Position numbers and translations under genes: made by a program. The notes beneath the pieces were generated by a model, which did no database searches, had not been told where the DNA came from, and worked only from the letters and a program-made list of their open reading frames with translations. This document shows positions 1 to 10,022 of a stretch of 27,967 nt of DNA, piece after piece. Source of the DNA: Thermoproteaceae archaeon (lineage in GTDB: Archaea > Thermoproteota > Thermoprotei > Thermoproteales > Thermoproteaceae); NCBI GenBank assembly GCA_020833025.1, contig JAJHRB010000014.1, forward strand, positions 1-27,967, read 5' to 3'. The stretch's first letter is position 1. Each line of letters begins with the position of its first letter.

Positions 1-1413
1 CAGAGCGTCTCGCTCTGCATCGCGGCCCGCCTCCCGACTCCCGGAGGCCCTGAGCCTCACTTCGGCGGCTGCTTCAGGGGCGTGCCCGTGGTTAAGATCC
101 CCTACGGCGCGATAAAGCCGTACATCGACATGTGGGTGGCGCACTTGAGGGCGACGAACGTATCTGAGGGCGCGATTAGGGAGCATATCACCGGGATGTT
201 TATGGACGTAGTTCTGGTCAACATGACCAGCAGAAGGCCTCTGTACATCGCCCACGGCGGCGTAGAGATCAGGCTGGGAGACTTCGAGAGGCCGAGGGTC
301 GTGTACTACACACTGTACGTCAGGAGGGGCGCGCCGGGAATCGAGCACAGCAAGGCCCTGGACCCGCCGGTGCTGGCAGCCGGGGAGGTCGTCACGGCGG
401 CTAAGGTGGAGGCAGCCGCGGCGGCCGGCGAAATTGACTGCCCGTGCATTACGGACTGCGTGTGCGCCAAGTACATACTCGTCACGACGCCTGATAACAT
501 GACCGCCTACCTGCCGGGCGACTACTTTGAGGTCGTGAGCGGCCTGCGGTACGTGAAGACGCCAACTGTGATCGTGTACAACAAGTACAGCTACTCGGGG
601 CTCATTACAGGTAGCTTTAAGCTCACGCTAACGCAAGAGAAACTACAGATCAGGGAGGTGTACGCCGTGGGGGATCTCGTCTCGAAGCTCATGGCAGGAA
701 TTAAGCCGAGCGTGGACCTCCAACTCGGCGGCGCGACGTGGGGAGGCACGCAGTACAGCTTTGTGACAAGCTTCCCTGTAGCGCCTGAGAGGGTTACGTG
801 GGTCTACATAATGGCAAGACCCGTTTTCATGCTGTACAAAGTGTATTTATGCGCGCTCCCGTGCAGAACCGACGAGTGCCTGGAGTATTCTTGCAGCTGG
901 GTTCACGACGTGGCCGACGCCTATGTCGAGCACGTGCTGGCGAGCGGCAATAACATTAAAGGAGGGGGCGCGGACGGGTGGCCTCACAGCACCCTCATGA
1001 ATTACCTGTTTCAGGGATCCCAGTTGAGCGGGCCTCTGTGCATACCCGGGACGCCTCTCGACGACTGCAAGCTGGACCCCGGCGAGACTATTGAGTACAA
1101 GTACGTGTTCCAGACGTTTGACACGTGCGGCGCCGGCTTTGAGGTGGGAGTTCCAGTCGGCGCGTGGCTCGCCGCCGCGATTGCCGCCAGGGCGAATCCG
1201 GTCGCGGCCGCCTTCGCGGCGGCGCTCAGTGCCTCGCTTGACTACGCGCCGGCCGGCGTGTACGTTGAGGGCTGGTTGACTAATTGGGGGCAGTACAGCG
1301 GCATAGGCTATAACACGTACGAGCAAATTTATGTTGCGACTAGCAGCTACGTCTACTCCTACGGGAGCTGCAAGTACAACGTGCCAGTGGGCGTTTACTT
1401 CGAGTCAAGATAG
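1..1413 (+). CDS. Hypothetical Cys/Tyr-rich, probably extracellular Thermoproteaceae-type protein, 5' partial
   Basis: Frame is open from base 1 with no stop before the GTG at 82, so the gene probably starts left of the window. It has many Cys, a Tyr/Val beta-rich composition and a hydrophobic Ala-rich stretch (GAWLAAAIAARANPVAAAFAAAL) near the C-terminus. Confidence 0.8.
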   Translation, partial: QSVSLCIAARLPTPGGPEPHFGGCFRGVPVVKIPYGAIKPYIDMWVAHLRATNVSEGAIREHITGMFMDVVLVNMTSRRPLYIAHGGVEIRLGDFERPRVVYYTLYVRRGAPGIEHSKALDPPVLAAGEVVTAAKVEAAAAAGEIDCPCITDCVCAKYILVTTPDNMTAYLPGDYFEVVSGLRYVKTPTVIVYNKYSYSGLITGSFKLTLTQEKLQIREVYAVGDLVSKLMAGIKPSVDLQLGGATWGGTQYSFVTSFPVAPERVTWVYIMARPVFMLYKVYLCALPCRTDECLEYSCSWVHDVADAYVEHVLASGNNIKGGGADGWPHSTLMNYLFQGSQLSGPLCIPGTPLDDCKLDPGETIEYKYVFQTFDTCGAGFEVGVPVGAWLAAAIAARANPVAAAFAAALSASLDYAPAGVYVEGWLTNWGQYSGIGYNTYEQIYVATSSYVYSYGSCKYNVPVGVYFESR

Positions 1414-1448
1414 GCGCGGCTGGTAGCGTCGTGGCCTCTCGATCCCGG

Positions 1449-1453
1449 TTTTT
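1449..1453 (+). terminator. Possible oligo-T terminator after the first gene
   Basis: TTTTT 36 nt after the TAG at 1413, in the gap between convergent genes. Confidence 0.3.
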
Positions 1454-1493
1454 CCTACCTCGCCCTCCACTGCGCGGGGGCGCGGCCTGCAGG

Positions 1494-2201
1494 CTACAGC
1501 ACGACGACGACCTCCCTGTCGCAGAACACACGGGGCGCAATCTCGCCGAGGCCCCTCGTGACGTACATCACGGCACTGCCCCTCCTGTAGAGGCCCCACG
1601 TGTAGCCAAAGTGGCTGTTCGTGCGCAGCGGGACGTTGCGGGGGAGGCAGAGCTGGCCTCCGTGCGTGTGCCCCGCGAGGTATATACCGGCTCTCGCCGC
1701 GTGGAACGCGTCAGGCGAGTGTACCAGCACTATGTCGGCGTCAGGAGCGGCAGGGTAGTCCCTCGGGTCCTCCCTCCAGTCCAGCCCGTAGATCTTGAGC
1801 CCGGCGGCGTGAGTCCAGTCGTCGACGAGGACGTGAACCCCCGCGCCCTCCAGCGCCTTGATGCCCTCGCGCAGGGGGAACTTCTTGCTGCTCCAGTGCT
1901 CGTGGTTGCCCAGCACCGCAACCTTGGGGCCGCGGAGGCCTCCCAGCGTCTCCACGACTGCGTCTAGGCTCGGCGTGAACTCGTCGTAGGTGTCGCCGCC
2001 TACGAGCAGCAGGTCGTACTCCGGCAGCTCTAGGCGCCTGGCCCCGTGCAGGTGGAGGTCGGCGATGAACACGACCTTCCTGCCGAACCCCATGTTGACA
2101 GTTGAGGTCTCGACGCCCACCGAAGTCACGCCGGCGGTGAGCGACGCGAGGAGGGACCCCGCGGCCAGCAGCACGAGAAACTTCCGCCTGCTTACTCTCA
2201 T
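1494..2201 (-). CDS. Calcineurin-like metallophosphoesterase (YkuE/COG1408-like) with twin-arginine signal
   Basis: Motifs ADLH, GGD, GNHEH, HSPD and GHTHGG. N-terminus SRRKFL followed by a hydrophobic stretch. 4-nt overlap with the lysJ stop. Confidence 0.9.
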   Translation of the reverse strand: MRVSRRKFLVLLAAGSLLASLTAGVTSVGVETSTVNMGFGRKVVFIADLHLHGARRLELPEYDLLLVGGDTYDEFTPSLDAVVETLGGLRGPKVAVLGNHEHWSSKKFPLREGIKALEGAGVHVLVDDWTHAAGLKIYGLDWREDPRDYPAAPDADIVLVHSPDAFHAARAGIYLAGHTHGGQLCLPRNVPLRTNSHFGYTWGLYRRGSAVMYVTRGLGEIAPRVFCDREVVVVL

Positions 2202-3349
2202 GCCCGCTCTGCTCGCCTCAACACATCAGACACCGCGTGGTGAACCAGCTCTATATCCTCCTTAGTGATCATGTACGGCGGGAGGAGCCTGAGTGTGTTA
2301 ACGCCCGCCGTGAGCGCCAGGAGCCCCCTCTCCAGGAGCGGCCTTATGAACTGCTCTGCCTTGACCCTCAGCTCCAGCCCGAGCATCAGTCCCATGCCCT
2401 TGACCCTAACCGCTAGCCTGCTGTTAACCTCGGAGAGGGCCTTCGCGAGCTCGGCCCCCGCGCGCTCCGCCCTCGCCGTGACACCCTCCTCGCGCAGGAG
2501 CCGCGAGGCCGCGGCCGCCGCTGCCATCACGACAGCATTCCCGGCAAACGTCGAGCCGTGCTCGCCAGGCTCGAAGACGTCGCCGAAGTCCTCCCGTGCC
2601 ACTGCAAGCCCTATTGGCAGGCCGCCCGCCACTGCCTTGCCTGCCGTGAAGATGTCGGGCTCCACGCCGTACTTCTGAAAGGCCCACACGGCGCCTGTCC
2701 TGCCGAAGCCCGTCTGGATCTCGTCAAATATCAGCACGGCCCCCCTCCTCGCCGTCTCGTCCCTGAGCGCCTTCAGGAACTCCGTCGCCGCCGGGTTAAC
2801 GCCTCCCTCTCCCTGTATTGGCTCGACGATGGCGCAGCACGTGTCCTCGTCAATCAGCTTGTCGACCTCCCACGCGGCGTTGAACGTGCCGAAGCGCACG
2901 TGGGGGTACAGCGGCTCGAAGGGCTTCCTGTATTTCTCATTCCAGGTTATCGAGAGGGAGCCCATAGTCCTGCCGTGAAAGCTGTTCGTGAAGGCCACTA
3001 TCGTGCGCCTCCTCGTTAGCTTCTTGGCGATCTTAACGGCCACCTCGACGGCCTCGGTGCCGGTGCTCTGCAGGAATATAACGCCGAACTTGGCAGGGAG
3101 GAGCTCTGAGAACTCCTCGAGGAAGCGCTCCCTGGCGGGCGTCTGGAAGTTCAGCGGCACCACGAGTATCTCGTCGAGCTGTCTCTTTACCGCCTCGGCG
3201 ATTTTTGGGTTTGCATGACCGAGGAACGCAGCGCCGTGATTGGTATTACAGTCGAGGTACTGCCTCCCCGCGCCGTCCCACACGTACTGCATGAAACCCC
3301 GCACAATTCTAATGCCGTACTCTCTGTAGTACCTTGCAATTCTCGCCAC
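2198..3349 (-). CDS. lysJ: [LysW]-aminoadipate/glutamate semialdehyde transaminase (class III PLP aminotransferase, LysJ/ArgD)
   Basis: [26 protein letters not shown] and PLP-lysine TAGK motifs. Start moved from 3580 to GTG 3349 ([11 protein letters not shown], 383 aa) because a TATATA box sits at 3369-3374 and the longer ORF overlaps the upstream gene. Confidence 0.92.
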   Translation of the reverse strand: MARIARYYREYGIRIVRGFMQYVWDGAGRQYLDCNTNHGAAFLGHANPKIAEAVKRQLDEILVVPLNFQTPARERFLEEFSELLPAKFGVIFLQSTGTEAVEVAVKIAKKLTRRRTIVAFTNSFHGRTMGSLSITWNEKYRKPFEPLYPHVRFGTFNAAWEVDKLIDEDTCCAIVEPIQGEGGVNPAATEFLKALRDETARRGAVLIFDEIQTGFGRTGAVWAFQKYGVEPDIFTAGKAVAGGLPIGLAVAREDFGDVFEPGEHGSTFAGNAVVMAAAAAASRLLREEGVTARAERAGAELAKALSEVNSRLAVRVKGMGLMLGLELRVKAEQFIRPLLERGLLALTAGVNTLRLLPPYMITKEDIELVHHAVSDVLRRAERA

Positions 3350-3393
3350 GGGGCGCAGAGCGGCTCGGTATATATGTGCTCCGGCCGCGCCGG

Positions 3394-4500
3394 CTATCGT
3401 CTCCCGCGCGCGGCAAAGCGCTCTGCAGAGAGCGGGCCCCCCGGCCTGCGTCTCCCGAGCGCCAGATCGGCGGCTAGCCTGCCGAGCGCCGGCGCGTAAG
3501 TCCAGCCGAGCCTGCAGGCGCCGGTGACGACTACCGTGCCGCCGATCACGTCCACGACGGGGAGGCCGTCGGGCGTGCACGGCCTGTACCCAACGGCCAT
3601 GTCTATCACCTCGAACGTCCCTAAGAGCCTCCTGGCCAGCTTTAATACCATCTGAGACGGGCTGTGGTCCTGAGAGCCGTCGAGATCGAACCTGCCCGTC
3701 ACTTTAGTCCAGCCTGACAGAGGGACTGCCGCCACGCCTCTCGACGCGTCCACCAGCATGCACTTGGCGCGGGCCGTCACTCTGAATCCGTAGCCCTTAA
3801 ACGGGGCGACTGGCACTCCGAGCTCTCTCGCCCAGTACCCCGCGGCGACGACTACGGCATCCGCCTTTATGACGCGCCCTCCCTCGAGCCGGACCCCGCC
3901 GGCCGTGACGCTCTCGGCGGCACCCCTCACGAGCTCGACTCCCCTGAGCTCCCTCAGCATCCTGTCTATGAGCGCCTCCGTGGAGAGCTTAGCGGCGTCG
4001 AGGTACAGAAGTGCGTCGGCCCCGCAGCACCTCCCGGCCTCCACCCGCGGCGACAGGGGATCTCTCCTCGCCTCCTCCAGCTCCTTGCTCACGTCAACGC
4101 CAATCTCGCACAGGGGCTCCTCGGAGTACTCGAAGTCGTTCCTCTCCTCGGCGAGTGCTCTGTACTGGCGCCTGGAGAGCTCCCCGAGCTCGCGCAGCGC
4201 CTCCCACGCGCCCCCGGGAGGCTTGCTGTTCAGCGCCTTGAGGTACGCCGCCAGCCACTTGAGGTCCAGCGTCTTGACTCTCGCCTCGCCGCGCAGCATC
4301 ATGCGCAGGTAGCGCAGTGCGTAGGAGCTGGTGTTTATTACATTGATCTTGTACCGCGTGAACTCAAGAATGCCGGCGGCAGCCCTGGACCACTCTCCCG
4401 CGGTGCTGCGCTCTATTATCACGACGCCGGCGCCCTCCTGCTTTAGGTGAAATGCGGTGAAGAGGCCAATGATGCCCCCGCCCACCACAACTGCGCGCAC
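3394..4500 (-). CDS. dpdh: FAD-dependent D-amino acid dehydrogenase, Pyrobaculum D-proline dehydrogenase type
   Basis: N-terminal Rossmann motif VVVGGGIIG and C-terminal [13 protein letters not shown] and GACRLGWT. Closely resembles Pyrobaculum islandicum D-proline dehydrogenase as remembered. Likely start is GTG 4500, with a TATA-like box at 4523-4528. Confidence 0.85.
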   Translation of the reverse strand: MRAVVVGGGIIGLFTAFHLKQEGAGVVIIERSTAGEWSRAAAGILEFTRYKINVINTSSYALRYLRMMLRGEARVKTLDLKWLAAYLKALNSKPPGGAWEALRELGELSRRQYRALAEERNDFEYSEEPLCEIGVDVSKELEEARRDPLSPRVEAGRCCGADALLYLDAAKLSTEALIDRMLRELRGVELVRGAAESVTAGGVRLEGGRVIKADAVVVAAGYWARELGVPVAPFKGYGFRVTARAKCMLVDASRGVAAVPLSGWTKVTGRFDLDGSQDHSPSQMVLKLARRLLGTFEVIDMAVGYRPCTPDGLPVVDVIGGTVVVTGACRLGWTYAPALGRLAADLALGRRRPGGPLSAERFAARGRR

Positions 4501-4546
4501 GCCGGCTAGCTCTTGCAGCGCAATTATAGCTTGCCCCGGCGCCACG

Positions 4547-4554
4547 TTTATAAA
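4547..4554 (+). promoter_or_regulatory. TATA box (TTTATAAA) for the rps14-adk transcript
   Basis: Canonical archaeal TATA about 25 nt upstream of GTG 4574. Confidence 0.65.
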
Positions 4555-4573
4555 GAGCCGCCAGACCTCTGGC

Positions 4574-4738
4574 GTGCCTTCAGTTAAGCCGCCTAAGATG
4601 AGGCCTTACGGCAGGGCTGTGATGCGCTGCCTGAGGTGCGGCACCAGAGAGGCAATAATCCGGAAGTACGGTCTCTACCTCTGCAGGAGGTGCTTCCGCG
4701 AGGTGGCGCCGCAGCTGGGCTTTAAGAGGTATTACTAG
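4574..4738 (+). CDS. rps14: 30S ribosomal protein S14 type Z (uS14)
   Basis: CLRC...CRRCFRE zinc finger and IRKYGLYLC. 54 aa from GTG 4574. Confidence 0.95.
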   Translation: MPSVKPPKMRPYGRAVMRCLRCGTREAIIRKYGLYLCRRCFREVAPQLGFKRYY

Positions 4739-4748
4739 CCGCCCGCAG

Positions 4749-5345
4749 TTGGGCGCCCAGGCCGGCGGGAGGCCGAGGGTCCTCATCACGGGAACGCCGG
4801 GCGTAGGCAAGACCACGCAGTGCAGGAAGCTCGCGCGGCGGATCTCCGCGCGCTGCCTATCGCTTGGGGAGCTCCTGGCGGGAACGCCTTATGTCAGGTA
4901 CCTGCCGGAGCTTGACACTCACGAGATAGTTGACGCGAGCGGGGCAAGGCAGTTCGTGCTAAGCCGCGTGGCAGACGGCGACGTGGTAGATACGCACGTG
5001 GTGGAGCTGTCCCCCGACCCGGAGGTGGTGGTAGTGCTGCGCAAGGCGCCTGACATCCTGTACTCAGAGCTGGTGGCGCGCGGCTGGCCACTCAGAAAGG
5101 TTGTCGAGAACGTGTGGGCGGAGATCCTCGACGTGATTTACGTCGAGGCGAGGAGGCGCTGGCGCGACGGCGTGGTTCAGGTAGACGTCAGCAAGAGAGA
5201 CCCAGATGAGACGCTTGAGATCATAGTGGCCTGCGTCGTGGGTGGCAGGTGCGTCAACGAGGAAGTCGACTGGCTGGGCCATGCCGAGCGGAGCGGGTTT
5301 CTGGATTTCATCTCGCGCCTGGAAAGACAGTCTGGCGCTCAGTAG
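4749..5345 (+). CDS. adkA: Adenylate kinase, AK6/Fap7 (hCINAP) family
   Basis: LITGTPGVGKTT P-loop, VVDTH motif and the LxxRGW...ENVWAEI lid region. Start uncertain (TTG 4749). Confidence 0.88.
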   Translation: MGAQAGGRPRVLITGTPGVGKTTQCRKLARRISARCLSLGELLAGTPYVRYLPELDTHEIVDASGARQFVLSRVADGDVVDTHVVELSPDPEVVVVLRKAPDILYSELVARGWPLRKVVENVWAEILDVIYVEARRRWRDGVVQVDVSKRDPDETLEIIVACVVGGRCVNEEVDWLGHAERSGFLDFISRLERQSGAQ

Positions 5346-5752
5346 CGCGCGGACTCAGAGCCGGCCCCGCTCGCGGCGCTTGCCCTCACCAGCCTCTCTA
5401 TGAAGACCAGGAGCTCCCATCCCTGCTGCGCTAGCCTCTTGGCGACCTTTCTCAGAGTGCCGTGCGGCGAGATTAGGAGAGCGTAGTGCACAATACCGCC
5501 GTGTGTGTAAAGCCTGGCTATGTAGCGCCTCCTCAGGGAGTCCTCTAGGACTAAGTCCAGGGCATACATGTCTTTTAATTTTGGCATGACTCCTGCTAGC
5601 TCCTCCTGTATTGCGTTCAGCTCGCCGGCGTGCCTCGACAGTTCCGCGTCGGTCTCCCTCAGCCCCGAGATTCTCATGTCGAGTGCCGTCACGCCGTAAT
5701 CGCGCCTGACCCTGAAGAGCGCAATCGATCTCACGACCACGTGAGGCGCCAC
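5339..5752 (-). CDS. Conserved hypothetical protein
   Basis: Protein-like 137-aa ORF filling the gap, with AT-rich promoter-like DNA at 5761-5775. The start may be GTG 5740 or 5734. Confidence 0.7.
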   Translation of the reverse strand: MAPHVVVRSIALFRVRRDYGVTALDMRISGLRETDAELSRHAGELNAIQEELAGVMPKLKDMYALDLVLEDSLRRRYIARLYTHGGIVHYALLISPHGTLRKVAKRLAQQGWELLVFIERLVRASAASGAGSESARY

Positions 5753-5789
5753 GCACTTGAATATAACAGTTATTACCCGCGGCAGCCCC

Positions 5790-6779
5790 TCATTTAACGG
5801 CGCCGGCCGCTACCTCAATTATGAGCCGCGCCGGGTTCTCGAACTTCATGGGAGTGCTCCTGCCAGCTCTCAGCACCCCGTCCACGGCCCTCACGCAACT
5901 CTCCGCGTCCAGGCACCTGAACAGCGGGGCTCCCAACTTCTGCAGGTACGTGTCAATGTAGTAGCTGGCGGGGAAGTATGACAGAGCAGGGACTCCGAGG
6001 AGGGCTGCCTCCGTGGCCATCGTCGATCCGCCGGTCACTACGCACGCAGAGAAGTACGCGAGCTGGAGGTGGTCCACGGCCTTTGTGATGTTAATTGCGC
6101 CGTCCAAGAGCTGGTCGGGATACCTCGGCACGTTGACGACGACAAGCCCCCTCCTTTTGAACTCCTCCACGAGCCCCCTCCGCACCCTCGAGAACTCCCA
6201 CTTGTAGTATGCAGCGTGCGACTCCTCCGGCCTGAAGACCACGTACTCCCCCGGCCCCAGCCCGAGCCGCTTTATGACTCCCTCGTCCGGCTTGAATCTC
6301 GACGTCCACATGTACTCAAAGACGCCCTCGAACGTCACTACGCGCCCGGGGCAGTACTGCCTCCACGCCTCCTCGGGCACCGCTGACGGCGCTATTAAGA
6401 CATCGGCCAGCGGAAGCACGAGCTTGTTCACGTGAACCGCGTGCGGGGTGTCGTTAAGGACAATCACAGGCTTCCCGAGCCCGAAAATCACGCGCGCGGC
6501 GTCCGGCGACGGGAAGCTCAGCATTCCGTCGACGGACTCTGCCAGCTCGAGGAGCCTGGCCTGCCTCTCGAGCCCGTGGAGGAGCTTCTCGCGTGTGGCG
6601 ATGCCGTACTTACCAATGCAGACGTGAGGGACCCCGTACATCTCGAAAATATCTGCTAGGTGCATGTACTCGCGGCAGGTAATTACCAGCGCGATCCCGC
6701 GACTCGCGGCCTCCCCGTACAGCGTTGCTGCGACTCTTGCCTGCTTCGGCGTCAGCGCATCGAAGAGGAGCCTAGTCAT
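5790..6779 (-). CDS. DUF354 family protein (GT-B glycosyltransferase-like)
   Basis: FDALTPKQ N-terminus, DTPHA, VVFRPEE..AAYY and [21 protein letters not shown] 6779 overlaps the gltX stop. Confidence 0.85.
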   Translation of the reverse strand: MTRLLFDALTPKQARVAATLYGEAASRGIALVITCREYMHLADIFEMYGVPHVCIGKYGIATREKLLHGLERQARLLELAESVDGMLSFPSPDAARVIFGLGKPVIVLNDTPHAVHVNKLVLPLADVLIAPSAVPEEAWRQYCPGRVVTFEGVFEYMWTSRFKPDEGVIKRLGLGPGEYVVFRPEESHAAYYKWEFSRVRRGLVEEFKRRGLVVVNVPRYPDQLLDGAINITKAVDHLQLAYFSACVVTGGSTMATEAALLGVPALSYFPASYYIDTYLQKLGAPLFRCLDAESCVRAVDGVLRAGRSTPMKFENPARLIIEVAAGAVK

Positions 6780-8493
6780 GACACAGCACGAACAGATCCG
6801 GCCCCCTCTTCTTTGCAAACCCGTACCTCACGAACTGCACGTAGGAGCCTGTGCTGACCGAGCGGAGCGCCGGCTCGGCAAGGCCCACCTCTTCTACCTT
6901 CCTGCCGACGGCAATGGGCTTTACAACGCAAACCTCAATAGGGCTGTGGACCCACTGTATTACCGGCGCTCTCAGCCTTCTGGCCTCCTCAAGCGACGTG
7001 CCGTGGAGGCGGCCGTGGGCCACGCCTCCCTCAACGCTGTCTATCCTGACGTTCGCAAGCTCCATCAGACGCACCACCCTGCCCGCCTCGACGTCCTGCC
7101 CCGGGACGTAGACCTCGACGCGGCCGGGGCCCAGTCTGTAGACCCTCTCGCCTCTCTCCCTGAAGCTCGGGTGCAGTGGTATCGCCGCCGTGAGCTCTCT
7201 GTCCGTCTCGAAGATTAGCTTCACCGCGTCACTCCTGCTCACATACATGTACCTATTCGCGACTGGCTCCAGGTACTTCCTATTAATCGCAAACAGGTTG
7301 GCCAGCGACACCGTCGCGTCAGACGGCTTTATGCCCGCCGAGAGTACCAGCTCCCACACTGCCTCCGGCAGCACGCCGCGGCTCCTCAGCCCGGCAAGCG
7401 TCGGGAGAGTCTCGTCGTCGTACCTGAGCCCGAGCGACTTGAGCCTGGACTTGCTCAGCGCGGCCCCCTCTATCTTCAGCCTGCCGAAGTGTACTGTCAC
7501 CGGCTGCCTCCAGCCAAAGTGCCTGAATATGTAAGACTGCTTGACTGTGTTCACGCTGTGCTCCTGTGCTCTGAGGACGTGAGTGACGCCCATGAGGTGG
7601 TCGTCCACTGACACCGCGAAGTTGTACGTCGGCCACACGATGTACCTGTCGCCGACTAGCGGGTGTGGCGTCTTGGTCGTGTCGATGACTCGGAGGGCGA
7701 CCCAGTCCCTGACGCTCGGGTCCTGATGCGCCATGTCGGTCTTTACTCTCACGACGGCATCCCCCTCGCCGAAGTGCCCCTCAAGCACCCTGTCCCAGAG
7801 CTCGAGGTTCTCCTCCGGGCTCTGGCCTCTGTGCGGGCACGGCCTTGCCGCATCCCTGTATTTCCTCCACTCCTCCGGCCTGCAGAGGTCCACGTACGCC
7901 GCGCCCATTTCGAGCAGCCTCTTCGCGTGCTCGTAGTACACCTCCATTCTCAGGGACTGTATGTACTCCTCGTCCCACCTCACGCCGAGCCATCTTAAGT
8001 CCTCGCGTATTGCCTCGTACGCGTTAACGTCATCCGTCACGAGCGGCCTCTTCGTCCTCGGGTCCGTGTCCTCGAAGCGCAGTATTAACCTGCCCCCGTA
8101 CTTGAGCTTGTACGCGTAGTTGAGAACGGCCGGCCTGGCGCTGCCGAGGTGGAGGACAAAGTCAGGATTGGGCGCGAAGCGCAGCACGACGGCGCCCTGC
8201 CTGGCGCCGGGGAGCTCCGGCAGCCCCTCCACTCCCGCCCTTTTCTGCTCGGCCCTCCTTTCCTCCAGCATTTCAGGCCACCTCTCCCCCAGAAGCCTCG
8301 CCTGCTCCTCGGGCGCCATTGCATTAACTCTGGCAACGGTGCGCTCGACAATCTCCCTCACCTCTCTCGCCCTAGGCCTCAGCTCCGGGGCCTCCGACAT
8401 CACTCTCGCCATCACTGCCTTGACGTCTGCCCTCCCGCCGTACTTGACGGCATTGGCAAGCGCGTGCTTGAGCGCGAGCTCCTCGATATTCAC
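6772..8493 (-). CDS. gltX: Glutamate--tRNA ligase
   Basis: [16 protein letters not shown] (HIGH-like), [20 protein letters not shown] and LSKS (KMSKS-like). Start is GTG 8493 or ATG 8523. Confidence 0.96.
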   Translation of the reverse strand: MNIEELALKHALANAVKYGGRADVKAVMARVMSEAPELRPRAREVREIVERTVARVNAMAPEEQARLLGERWPEMLEERRAEQKRAGVEGLPELPGARQGAVVLRFAPNPDFVLHLGSARPAVLNYAYKLKYGGRLILRFEDTDPRTKRPLVTDDVNAYEAIREDLRWLGVRWDEEYIQSLRMEVYYEHAKRLLEMGAAYVDLCRPEEWRKYRDAARPCPHRGQSPEENLELWDRVLEGHFGEGDAVVRVKTDMAHQDPSVRDWVALRVIDTTKTPHPLVGDRYIVWPTYNFAVSVDDHLMGVTHVLRAQEHSVNTVKQSYIFRHFGWRQPVTVHFGRLKIEGAALSKSRLKSLGLRYDDETLPTLAGLRSRGVLPEAVWELVLSAGIKPSDATVSLANLFAINRKYLEPVANRYMYVSRSDAVKLIFETDRELTAAIPLHPSFRERGERVYRLGPGRVEVYVPGQDVEAGRVVRLMELANVRIDSVEGGVAHGRLHGTSLEEARRLRAPVIQWVHSPIEVCVVKPIAVGRKVEEVGLAEPALRSVSTGSYVQFVRYGFAKKRGPDLFVLCHD

Positions 8494-8568
8494 GCCCACG
8501 TCCGTGCTAACGGGGCGCGCCATTTTTAGTCTTATTAGGGGAGTGCATTTTCAGGGCGCCGCAGCGCG

Positions 8569-8621
8569 GGCCAGAGCCGGCGGGGTAGACTCGCCGGGAG
8601 CTTCGGGGAGCTCTCCTGGCC
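8569..8621. ncRNA. Candidate structured RNA element (three-way junction)
   Basis: GGCCAG/CTGGCC closing stem enclosing hairpins CCGGCG/CGCCGG and GAGC/GCTC, in non-coding DNA. Confidence 0.3.
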
Positions 8622-8646
8622 AGGTCGTCTGTCCTCCGCTTGCCGC

Positions 8647-9078
8647 TCAATCGGGCGGCGGCGCCTGGTAGAACACACGCCCCCTGTATGTCCTCGGCGC
8701 CATCCAGTCTACAAACTGGCGCACATTACTTGTCTTGACGGTGAATGTTATAGGGCCCAGGGGAGACTCGCCGGCCTCCGTCACGAAGCTCACAACGCCG
8801 ACGTAGGCCGCCTGCTTGTTTATGGAGAACACAACAGTGTCCTCAGAGACTATGCCGCGCGATATCACGCTCCTGGCCGCGTCCTGAATTCCCTGGCGCC
8901 ATATCGCGCTCCTGAGCCTCTTCAGGCAGGAGGGCCCCTCGCAGCGCGCCACTATCACGACTCCGGTCTCGCTGGGCCTCTCCTGCATCGTCATCGGCGT
9001 GAATACATTATTCAGGGCCTTGAGCACCTTGTCTCTATCCTCGGTGTGCCTCACCTCGACAACCGCCTCGACCAGCAT
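8647..9078 (-). CDS. UPF0201 (DUF54) putative RNA-binding protein
   Basis: TEDRDKVLKALNNVF, IQDAARS, FSINKQAAYVGVVSF and ESPLGPI signature segments. Confidence 0.9.
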   Translation of the reverse strand: MLVEAVVEVRHTEDRDKVLKALNNVFTPMTMQERPSETGVVIVARCEGPSCLKRLRSAIWRQGIQDAARSVISRGIVSEDTVVFSINKQAAYVGVVSFVTEAGESPLGPITFTVKTSNVRQFVDWMAPRTYRGRVFYQAPPPD

Positions 9079-9194
9079 CGTGCGCGAAGCCGGCCAGGCT
9101 ATTTTTGCGCTCCCCGCGGCGTCTCAGCCGGCGCCGCGCGCAGCGCGTCGAGATGGGAGCCTTTCGGAGTGGCGCTTAGGCCGTGTCGGGACTG

Positions 9195-10022
9195 TCACCC
9201 GATTGGCTCCACATGTATCAGCCTTGTGTACCTCTGCAGGATGCCCAGCGCGGCCCCGAGCTTGTCTCTCGTCACTATGGCCACGATGTCCGTCCCCCTC
9301 ACGCCGCCGAGGGCGCATGCGTCGACCACGTAGTGGCCGAACCAGCTGGGGCCGAGCGGCTTCAGCGGGAGCTCGACGTATTTGGGCAGCTCCACGACCC
9401 TCACGGTCCGGTTCTGCGGGTGGAGGAAGTACCTGACCGTGTTGCTCACGGCAACTCTGGGTCCCGGCGGCCCGTAGTAAGTGCCGTTGCAGAAGGGTAT
9501 GGCCCACGCGCTGTATGCTAGTGGTATGTCGTAGAGATAGTCCACGAGAGCGCCGCTAAGTACGACCTTGGTATATTCGTCCACCTCGCCGCTCTGCAGC
9601 GCTTGCCACAGCACGTCCTCTACGGACTCGCCTGTAAACCTCAGCTCTCTGCCCCCGTGACGGTAAATTAGCACGTACCGCCCGCCCTCCTGGAGGAGCC
9701 TAGCACAGCCTATCTCCCTCGCTGTGCCGTTAAAGTGATACACGCGGCGCTCCCCGCACGGCAGTGAGAGCCTCCTTAGCGCGGCCAGCCTGCCGCTCTC
9801 TGCTGCGATTGACACGCGGCCCGCCCAGGAGGCCCACAGAGAGACGTCTTTTAACTCCCTTAGCGCCTCGCTGAAGTTCCCAGAGGGGCCCAGATGCGCG
9901 GAGACCAGGTGGAGCTTTGCCTGCGCCGGCCTGCCGGCCGCCATGAGCGCCAGAGAGGCTGCCGCGATGAGCGCGGCGCAGCTCAAAACAATAACCAGGA
10001 CGACAGCCCTCCCCCTAGTCAT
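9195..10022 (-). CDS. Hypothetical membrane-anchored/secreted protein
   Basis: N-terminal hydrophobic signal/anchor (AVVLVIVLSCAALIAAASLALM). 275-aa ORF overlapping the upstream gene's stop by 8 nt. Confidence 0.8.
   Translation of the reverse strand: MTRGRAVVLVIVLSCAALIAAASLALMAAGRPAQAKLHLVSAHLGPSGNFSEALRELKDVSLWASWAGRVSIAAESGRLAALRRLSLPCGERRVYHFNGTAREIGCARLLQEGGRYVLIYRHGGRELRFTGESVEDVLWQALQSGEVDEYTKVVLSGALVDYLYDIPLAYSAWAIPFCNGTYYGPPGPRVAVSNTVRYFLHPQNRTVRVVELPKYVELPLKPLGPSWFGHYVVDACALGGVRGTDIVAIVTRDKLGAALGILQRYTRLIHVEPIG

Noticed and set aside
4574-5345. rps14-adkA as the known Fap7-Rps14 partnership
   Set aside because: Fap7 binds uS11 (yeast Rps14). This gene is uS14, so the match is a naming coincidence.
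9124-9198. Minus-strand box C/D candidate at the 9195 stop codon
   Set aside because: Poor C box (GTGACAG), about 75 nt C-to-D spacing, and no terminal stem.
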